Virus record (IMG/VR): IMGVR_UViG_3300018080_000113
Location: 128,097-140,323 of that record
Length of the DNA: 12,227 bases
Source: a virus
Taxonomy: Duplodnaviria; Heunggongvirae; Uroviricota; Caudoviricetes
Reading direction: 5' to 3' (one strand)
The notes under the pieces were generated by a model that saw nothing but the letters and a program-made list of their open reading frames with translations, was not told where the DNA came from and ran no database searches. The position numbers and the translations under genes were made by a program. This document shows, piece by piece, positions 7,131 to 12,227 of this stretch (the first letter of the stretch is position 1; each line of letters starts with the position of its first letter).

Positions 7131-7280
7131 GGTGCCTAATACACAGACTAAGTTCTTTTTCTGATTCGCGGCATCCGTCTGTCCATAATCCATCACATAA
7201 TAATGATTGGTTTCCGCGCTTCTAAAGCACGCTAGACCCCGACATAATGTCTAGTGTGCCCAGAGAAGTGGGATTAATGG
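7131..7280 (+). ncRNA. candidate ~150-nt structured RNA
   Basis: Pseudoknot GGTGCC/GGCATC (7131-36/7170-75) crossing ACAGAC/GTCTGT (7143-48/7177-82); stem CCATAATCC/GGATTAATGG (7183-91/7271-80); 11-bp hairpin GCACGCTAGAC/GTCTAGTGTGC (7227-59). Confidence 0.55.
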
Positions 7281-7314
7281 ATTTGTTTACTCTTTGACAA
7301 TTGAATAATTAGAT

Positions 7315-7386
7315 GGGTGGCTAGGTTGAATGGTAAACTGTCGGATTCCAAATCCGAAGCTCCTCGTTCGAATCGAGGGTCGCCCG
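7315..7386 (+). tRNA. trnW: tRNA-Trp(CCA)
   Basis: Acceptor GGGTGGC/GTCGCCC, anticodon arm TCGGA-TTCCAAA-TCCGA, T arm CCTCG-TTCGAAT-CGAGG; no 3' CCA. Confidence 0.92.
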
Positions 7387-7396
7387 CAGTTAATAT

Positions 7397-7470
7397 GGTG
7401 TTCATGGTGTACTGGTAAGCATACTTGGCTGTGAACCAAGAGGAATCGAGTTCAAATCTCATTGATCACC
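7397..7470 (+). tRNA. trnH: tRNA-His(GTG)
   Basis: G-1 (7397) opposite C73 (7470), anticodon arm CTTGG-CTGTGAA-CCAAG; T stem has a bulge and acceptor one T:T mismatch. Confidence 0.85.
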
Positions 7471-7479
7471 CTATCTTAT

Positions 7480-7551
7480 CCGAGTGTAATGCAGCGGTAG
7501 CATGCGTGCTTTGGGAGCACGAAGTCGGGAGTTCAAATCTCTCCACTCGGA
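7480..7551 (+). tRNA. trnP: tRNA-Pro(TGG)
   Basis: Acceptor CCGAGTG/CACTCGG (C1-G72), anticodon arm CGTGC-TTTGGGA-GCACG. Confidence 0.92.
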
Positions 7552-7593
7552 CAACTTGCTATATATGACAATAGAATTCATGATCCTTAGATA

Positions 7594-7666
7594 TGTGGTG
7601 TAGCTCAGTTAGGTAGAGCACCGGTGTTTGGAGCCGGGGCCGTTGGTTCAAATCCAGCCATCAAAA
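7594..7666 (+). tRNA. atypical tRNA-like element (nominal anticodon TTG, loop GTTTGGA)
   Basis: Canonical D arm and T arm (GTTGG-TTCAAAT-CCAGC), stem CCGGT/GCCGG, but G32 and a G:A mismatch at acceptor pair 2; acceptor extended by flanking helices. Confidence 0.6.
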
Positions 7667-7702
7667 TTATCTAGTATGTAGCAAGTAACTTTTTAACTGG
7701 CT

Positions 7703-7774
7703 CTAGATGTAGTTTAATCGGTAGAACATCATCCGTAATAGGATGAGATATAGGTTCGAATCCTATCTTCTAGA
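7703..7774 (+). tRNA. atypical tRNA-like element with 8-nt anticodon loop, isotype undetermined
   Basis: Acceptor CTAGATG/CTTCTAG, D arm GTTT/GAAC, stem TCATC/GATGA enclosing CGTAATAG, 3-nt variable loop, T arm ATAGG-TTCGAAT-CCTAT. Confidence 0.6.
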
Positions 7775-7790
7775 CTAAAAGGAGAACATA

Positions 7791-7973
7791 ATGTGCATAA
7801 GTATTGTAGAGCTAATCAATGATATTGAATGTAAAAAATTTAATCATGATTACAATTATAGTGAAGCAAAAGCATATGAAAAAGCTTGTGACGATATTGT
7901 TGCAATGATTAAAGAAGAAGAGAGAAACAAATGGTTTGTATTTAAGAAAGAGATTCTTGATAACAGACCATAA
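7791..7973 (+). CDS. small hypothetical protein
   Basis: AAGGAG RBS at ~7779-84; 60 aa. Confidence 0.65.
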   Translation: MCISIVELINDIECKKFNHDYNYSEAKAYEKACDDIVAMIKEEERNKWFVFKKEILDNRP

Positions 7974-8008
7974 ATATTATACATGCTTCTTATAGGAAGA
8001 TGTGTAAT

Positions 8009-8110
8009 TGCTAACTATATAGTGACAACAACAGACCTATCGACGTCTGTTGGTTCTAATGAGGATTGAGTCGCGAACTTTCTGAAAAAGAACTAGACTT
8101 TTAGTTGGCA
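8009..8110 (+). ncRNA. candidate ~100-nt three-way-junction RNA
   Basis: TGCTAACTA/TAGTTGGCA closing stem; CAACAGAC/GTCTGTTG (8029-36/8045-52); abutting GTTCT/AGAAC (8053-57/8089-93). Confidence 0.45.
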
Positions 8111-8115
8111 GGCCT

Positions 8116-8189
8116 GGAGTATTCGCGTAGGGGCCTATCGCGCTGGATTGTCGATCCAGACTTCACCGGTTCGAATCCGGTATACTCCG
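8116..8189 (+). tRNA. trnD: tRNA-Asp(GTC)
   Basis: Acceptor GGAGTAT/ATACTCC, G73, anticodon arm CTGGA-TTGTCGA-TCCAG; followed by CCG. Confidence 0.92.
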
Positions 8190-8191
8190 CC

Positions 8192-8214
8192 GACTCTTTA
8201 GCTCAGCTGGTAGC
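8192..8214 (+). pseudogene. orphan tRNA 5' fragment
   Basis: GACTCTT TA GCTCAGCTGGTAGC = acceptor strand plus most of a D arm, then tRNA similarity stops. Confidence 0.55.
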
Positions 8215-8221
8215 TTAATGA

Positions 8222-8292
8222 TCGTCTATGGTGAAATGGTATCACGTCAGGCTGTTAACCTGTTATTCTCCGTTCGAATCGGAGTGGACGAG
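8222..8292 (+). tRNA. trnN: tRNA-Asn(GTT)
   Basis: Acceptor TCGTCTA/TGGACGA, G73, loop CTGTTAA, T arm CTCCG-TTCGAAT-CGGAG. Confidence 0.92.
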
Positions 8293-8807
8293 CAAATTTC
8301 TGGTAATTTAGAAACACCAGCATGTACTTCAGTATGACAATTAGCACAAAGTAAAATACACTTGTCTATTTCTAATTTAACTTTGTTCCATGCTCTTGTG
8401 TTTCCAGATTTACTAACAGAAAAATCTTTTTGTTTAGGATCTATATGGTGAAAATGTAATGCTTCTGGACATTTGTCATAACCACACAGTTTACATTTTC
8501 CACCAAGATAAGTTACTGCTTTAATTTTGGTTCGTTTACGATACGAAATTACAGCTTTTACATTAGCTTCTTTAGTTTCCTGATCAGTTCTTCTAGATGC
8601 AACTCTAGCTGTTTTACGACACAAAGAAGAACAATATTTTAATGTTGAAGAGATTTTTGTGTTACATATTAAGCACGATCCTTCAAGTTGTCTTTTAGGA
8701 GTTCGAGTGTTGTTATATTTAGCAGCACAAGAACGAGAACAGAATCTTGGATTCTCTGTTTTGTTATTACATTGTAAACAATCATTCATGACTACAATGT
8801 AACACAT
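8247..8807 (-). mobile_element. free-standing HNH endonuclease with N-terminal Cys-rich Zn repeats
   Basis: YLGGKCKLCGYDKCPEALHFHHIDP..CILLCANCHTEVHAG HNH signature; CxxC..FCSRSC repeats; start may be 8789; 3' end overlaps tRNA-Asn antisense. Confidence 0.88.
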
Positions 8808-8853
8808 ATTAACAAAAATTGTTAATGTATTTTATGTAAATTCAAGTTTATTT

Positions 8854-8926
8854 GGCACTCTAGCTCAACTGGTAGAGCGTCCGGTTGAAGCCCGGAAGGT
8901 ACTCAGTTCAACTCTAAGGGGTGCCA
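8854..8926 (+). tRNA. trnF: tRNA-Phe(GAA)
   Basis: Acceptor GGCACTC/GGGTGCC, anticodon arm TCCGG-TTGAAGC-CCGGA; one C:A mismatch in T stem. Confidence 0.87.
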
Positions 8927-8937
8927 CTAATATTTAA

Positions 8938-9013
8938 GCCCGGTTAGCTCAGATGGATAGAGCGCAACGCTACGAACGTTGGACATGCAGAGGTTCAAGT
9001 CCTCTACTGGGTA
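8938..9013 (+). tRNA. trnR: tRNA-Arg(ACG)
   Basis: Acceptor GCCCGGT/ACTGGGT, D loop with A20, anticodon arm CAACG-CTACGAA-CGTTG, 7-nt variable region. Confidence 0.92.
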
Positions 9014-9027
9014 CTAAAGGAAAAGAA

Positions 9028-9798
9028 ATGTACTATGTAATACAAGAAAATACCTTCAATGAGAAAGGCCATGGTCGTTTAATAGACGGTCTCGAAAGAC
9101 TTAAGCTTCAATATGAAATCATTAAAGTAAAACCTTTTGTTGAAGAGCTAGAGTTTGATACGTTCAGGAAAGATGTGTTTTGTTTTGGCGGAACAAAGAT
9201 GTCTCGTCTTGCTAGTAATTATGGTTGGAAGCCAGGCGTAGTACTAACAAAGAATCATGACTTTATGGTTTATAGAAATTACTATAATGAAAACCTATTA
9301 AACTATGATTCAAATGTATTACAGTTCAGTGAAGACTTTCCTTGGACACAGGGACAGTATTTTATTAGGCCATGTAAAGATGATAAATCATTTGCAGGAC
9401 AAGTATTTGATTTTGCTGACTGGCATAAGTTTCAACATACAGTATTAGAACAAGGCTCAGACTATCATTCTCAGTTAGATAGTAAGACATTGATACAAGT
9501 ATCTCCTGTTAAAAGAATACAAAGAGAGTATAGAATATGGGTTGTTAATGGCAAGATTGTAACTGCTAGCCAGTACAAGCTAGGAACAAGACCGTTCTTT
9601 AGTCCACAGATAGAACCTGATGCTATAACATTTGCTAAAGAAATGGTTGATCTTTATCAACTAGCCGAGGCATTTGTTATAGATATTTGTCTTGCCAACG
9701 ACAAGTGGTACGTTGTAGAGTGTGGATGTATTAACTCTGCTGGATTTTATGAAGCAGACATGCAAAGACTAGTAATAGCTATAGAGGAAGCATTTTAA
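9028..9798 (+). CDS. ATP-grasp domain protein (R2K/DUF4343-like)
   Basis: ATG 9028 after AAGGAA; FIRPCKDDKSFAGQVF, REYRIWVVNGKIVTASQY, FVIDIC..VVECGCINSAGFY match the ATP-grasp R2K-type pattern as I recall it. Confidence 0.8.
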   Translation: MYYVIQENTFNEKGHGRLIDGLERLKLQYEIIKVKPFVEELEFDTFRKDVFCFGGTKMSRLASNYGWKPGVVLTKNHDFMVYRNYYNENLLNYDSNVLQFSEDFPWTQGQYFIRPCKDDKSFAGQVFDFADWHKFQHTVLEQGSDYHSQLDSKTLIQVSPVKRIQREYRIWVVNGKIVTASQYKLGTRPFFSPQIEPDAITFAKEMVDLYQLAEAFVIDICLANDKWYVVECGCINSAGFYEADMQRLVIAIEEAF

Positions 9799-9799
9799 A

Positions 9800-10111
9800 A
9801 TGAAATATTTATTAATGGTTGTTATGTTGCTGACTGTATCTTGTAAAGGTGATTTTATTATTGATCGCGCGAGCAAGCCAGACATACAAGAAGAGACAAT
9901 AAGTTGTGACAAATGTGATTATTGTTATACCTGTGGATTGAACTTTGATGGAGATTATAGCTGTGGAATGCGATACTCTTGTTCTTGTGACGGAGAGCAA
10001 AAAGCAATATCAGAAACTATAACTTATGCTGGTCACTATGAGAAAGAACCAGACATTACAGTCTATAAGCATAGCAAGCAAATTATTAAAAGACTAACAG
10101 ACTGTAAATAA
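9800..10111 (+). CDS. Cys-rich putative lipoprotein/secreted protein
   Basis: Signal-like MKYLLMVVMLLTVSC with lipobox-like Cys15; 9 Cys in total. Confidence 0.6.
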   Translation: MKYLLMVVMLLTVSCKGDFIIDRASKPDIQEETISCDKCDYCYTCGLNFDGDYSCGMRYSCSCDGEQKAISETITYAGHYEKEPDITVYKHSKQIIKRLTDCK

Positions 10112-10112
10112 A

Positions 10113-10745
10113 ATGGAAAGCAAACAATATCCAAGATCTACATGGCAAATCATTACTTTTCTTGTTAGTGGAGTGGCATTGCTTCCTCTTATTGCAGCAG
10201 TTTGGATGCTTTCTACAGCAATGATAGGAAACATCATAGCAACAGTAGCAATTGTTTTTGTTTCGGGAATTCTATTTGGTTTGGGCAGCGTCAAACTAAA
10301 ACAAAGAAACTATATTATTAAAAGAATCATAGACGAGTGGGACTTATTGCTTATCGTAAACGAAGCAAACTTAACTAAAGAAGACATTGAAAAGATTAAA
10401 CAGATAAATCATGACATCCTTAATGAAACTAGAGAACAACTATTAAACTCTGTCACTTTTAATTCTTGGTGTAAAGGATGGAAAATTGAATTTAATGAAA
10501 AGAAACAAAAAGAAGCATTATCTCCATTAACTTTTTGTAGAATTCATCCTTATAAAACAATAGAATATAAGGATAAACTTTATCATGGCTTGGCACACGG
10601 ACAAACAATAGATATAGAATGGACTGGAGACATAGATGTATTCATTGGTCTAATGAAACATGAACTTGCTCATCTTTATGTGTTTGAATGTAAAATGCTT
10701 GGTGAAGAAAATCATCATTATATATTTGGACAAGTAGGTTTGTAG
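10113..10745 (+). CDS. membrane protein with C-terminal HExxH (zincin-like) motif
   Basis: Two N-terminal hydrophobic helices; MKHELAHLY near the C terminus. Confidence 0.6.
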   Translation: MESKQYPRSTWQIITFLVSGVALLPLIAAVWMLSTAMIGNIIATVAIVFVSGILFGLGSVKLKQRNYIIKRIIDEWDLLLIVNEANLTKEDIEKIKQINHDILNETREQLLNSVTFNSWCKGWKIEFNEKKQKEALSPLTFCRIHPYKTIEYKDKLYHGLAHGQTIDIEWTGDIDVFIGLMKHELAHLYVFECKMLGEENHHYIFGQVGL

Positions 10746-10816
10746 GGCGGGTAGCTTAGTGGTCAAAGCACTTAACGAATAATTAAGAGATGCAGGTTCG
10801 ATTCCTGCCCCAACCA
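10745..10816 (+). tRNA. atypical tRNA-Ile-like (nominal anticodon AAT, G33)
   Basis: D arm GCTT/AAGC, anticodon arm CTTAA-CGAATAA-TTAAG, T arm GCAGG-TTCGATT-CCTGC; acceptor GGGCGGG/CCCAACC has two mismatches. Confidence 0.6.
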
Positions 10817-10830
10817 TAGAAAGAATAATT

Positions 10831-11058
10831 ATGGCATGGCTAAAAGAAACACCACAAGAACCTGAAGAAGGAAGCTTGCCAGTTTGGTACTGGTATTATG
10901 ACTTTAAAGATAATATAGTTGAAGCTATTCAGCTCTACCATGGTTGTTGGAAACGATATGCCTATGAAGGTTTATGGTGGGACAAACCAATAACACCACC
11001 AAAGAAACCTGTAATAAAAACACAAGACAAAACAGCACGAAGGAGAAAAGAAAAATGA
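10831..11058 (+). CDS. Trp/Tyr-rich small hypothetical protein
   Basis: 75 aa ORF; stop overlaps next start (ATGA). Confidence 0.65.
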   Translation: MAWLKETPQEPEEGSLPVWYWYYDFKDNIVEAIQLYHGCWKRYAYEGLWWDKPITPPKKPVIKTQDKTARRRKEK

Positions 11059-11555
11059 AATTGTATATTCATTATCCAGATGTAATGACAGACGAAGAGA
11101 CAAAAGCACTTCAACAATTGAAGGACAGACAAACAAAAAGAATTGAATCTGGTGGAGTAAGAAAAGTAGAAGACAAGCCAGTGGTAGCTGCCAAAACTGT
11201 TGAGACAGTAAAGAAAGAGGAAAAGAAAATGAGAAATCCTATCGACATGTACGGACAAACAATCAACGAGGGTCAATATATTAACTATCCAGTTCGTAAT
11301 GGTAGCGATACATACATGAGAACTGCAAAAGTTATTCGAGTCCGACAAAGAAATAATCATTTGGACAAACCAGAAATGGTTCTTGATGTCGCAGTTGCTA
11401 TTGCACCTCCCGCATGGGAACGAGCAAAGAATAAAAACTGGGAACAAGATGTACATGTACGTCGTGTTACGGTCTCCTGTCCTTACCGCTCCACAATCCT
11501 TCCTAAAGAATATATCGAATCAGATAGACGTTACAAAATCTTATCAAATATCTAA
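11055..11555 (+). CDS. hypothetical protein
   Basis: ATG 11055 with AGGAG RBS at 11041-45; the longer call from 10974 overlaps the upstream gene. Confidence 0.7.
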   Translation: MKLYIHYPDVMTDEETKALQQLKDRQTKRIESGGVRKVEDKPVVAAKTVETVKKEEKKMRNPIDMYGQTINEGQYINYPVRNGSDTYMRTAKVIRVRQRNNHLDKPEMVLDVAVAIAPPAWERAKNKNWEQDVHVRRVTVSCPYRSTILPKEYIESDRRYKILSNI

Positions 11556-11560
11556 AAGCA

Positions 11561-11595
11561 GGAGGGTTGGCAGAACGGTATTGCATCGGACTTGA
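11561..11595 (+). pseudogene. 5' half of tRNA-Ser(TGA), interrupted immediately after the anticodon
   Basis: GGAGGGT TG GCA GAACGGTAT TGC A TCGGA CT TGA; acceptor strand identical to tRNA-Ser(GCT) at 4293; no 3' half within the window. Confidence 0.75.
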
Positions 11596-11650
11596 CGCTG
11601 CACTGTCCTTAGGGTATAGTTTAATTTCAACTTTACCAAAAGGAATAAAA

Positions 11651-12151
11651 ATGGGATGGAAATATACAAAAGAAAAACTAGAAAAAATAATTCCAAAATC
11701 AAAAAGTTGGGCTGATGTTTGTAGGGCTTTTGGAGCTTCTCTGCATGGTGGCTTACAGAGTCATATCAAAAAGAGAGCTATTTTATATGGAATAGACTTC
11801 TCTCATTTTAAAACAGAAAGAGGCGGATGGAACAGAGGATTACCATCGCCTAAAAGAAAAAACGCATCAGAAATTCTTATTAAAAGAGAAAAAGGCAATA
11901 GAAAAAAAGCACATCTTCTTAGAAGAGCGCTTGCTGAGCTTGGAATTCCAAACCAATGTGAAATATGCTTAAGTAGCACATGGATGGATTTGCCTATTAG
12001 ACTTGAAGTAGATCATATAAACGGCAATCCTTTAGATGATAGAGCAGACAATTTAAGACTGTTATGTCCTAATTGTCATTCACAGACAGGAAATTACAAA
12101 AACAAGGGAAGGCAACACGGACTTGAAAAAGTGAAGGAGGTTAACAGGTGA
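11651..12151 (+). mobile_element. HNH endonuclease
   Basis: N-terminal YTKEKL..SKSWADVCRAFG..HIKKR..GIDFSHF DNA-binding segment; CEIC..LEVDHINGNPLDDRADNLRLLCPNCHSQT HNH core; AAGGAA RBS. Confidence 0.9.
12118..12126 (+). repeat. 9-bp direct repeat CGGACTTGA of the tRNA-Ser anticodon arm (11587-11595)
   Basis: Exact match; here followed by AA, completing a CTTGAAA anticodon loop. Confidence 0.6.
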
Positions 12152-12227
12152 GCTTACAAGACTTAAGTTCTAACTATCCAGAAGGTCACCCTGGTGAGTG
12201 TATGCATGGGATGCCCGATGATGGCTT
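12148..12227 (+). CDS. hypothetical protein, 3'-truncated by the window edge
   Basis: GGAGG (12136-40), GTG at 12148 overlapping the HNH stop; open to the end (MSLQDLSSNYPEGHPGECMHGMPDDG). Confidence 0.55.
   Translation, partial: MSLQDLSSNYPEGHPGECMHGMPDDG

Noticed and set aside
7131-7182. HDV-like (theta) ribozyme
   Set aside because: P1 and P2-like helices cross correctly, but no P3/L3 can be formed next to P1 and only one base separates P1' from P2', leaving no P1.1 or J4/2 catalytic C.
7127-7225. Leaderless 32-codon ORF right after the promoter
   Set aside because: No RBS or recognisable motif and it overlaps helices of the candidate RNA; it cannot be supported without ribosome profiling.
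7294-7322. Perfect TTGACA -35 box
   Set aside because: No -10 element at 16-18 nt spacing (GTGGCT, inside tRNA-Trp).
8051-8107. Hammerhead ribozyme (CTAATGA ... GAAA)
   Set aside because: The essential G5 is A, stem I would be almost all G-U pairs, and a better alternative fold exists.
8953-9027. N-terminal extension of the ATP-grasp ORF (and likewise 11567-11650 of the second HNH)
   Set aside because: These upstream starts lie inside tRNA sequences; RBS-supported ATGs occur at 9028 and 11651.
324-11456. Minus-strand ORFs other than the HNH gene (e.g. 324-641, 1368-1682, 2403-2960, 10962-11456)
   Set aside because: They are antisense shadows of well-supported plus-strand genes or tRNAs and show no recognisable motifs.
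11596-12227. Group I or group II intron in tRNA-Ser(TGA)
   Set aside because: GGGTATAGT resembles a group I S element, but there is no room for P3-P8, no P1 with a U:G splice pair, no GTGCG group II start and no 3' exon; the sequence after the HNH gene reads as a new RBS-led ORF.
1-12227. Stop-codon recoding or suppressor tRNA
   Set aside because: Long genes are uninterrupted in the standard code, TAA, TGA and TAG all end genes, and no intact CTA or TCA anticodon tRNA is present.
1-12227. CRISPR array or tandem repeat locus
   Set aside because: No regularly spaced direct repeats; recurring motifs are conserved tRNA D- and T-loop sequences.

Overview
AT-rich window from what is most likely a large lytic dsDNA bacteriophage (T4-type rIIB gene, phage ATP-dependent DNA ligase, dense small ORFs, standard genetic code). 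Most of it is a dispersed tRNA region: 10 canonical tRNAs (Val, Glu, Ser-GCT, Trp, His, Pro, Asp, Asn, Phe, Arg), 3 atypical tRNA-like genes and 2 tRNA 5' fragments. These are interleaved with a CCA-adding/HD enzyme, a degenerate Nudix hydrolase, an ATP-grasp protein and two HNH endonucleases. The most striking element lies directly behind a conserved 251-aa gene of unknown function (2058-2813): a circularly permuted tRNA-like RNA (2912-3086) whose 3' half (T arm, acceptor strand, CCA) precedes its 5' half (acceptor strand, D arm), with the anticodon arm replaced by a long stem. This is Y-RNA (YrlA)-like or two-piece-tmRNA-like, and it is flanked by further structured RNA domains. It carries the only encoded CCA of any tRNA-like gene in the window. 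Several other spacers contain candidate structured ncRNAs. All structures were derived by manual base-pairing and all protein calls by motif recognition; no folding program or database search was run.
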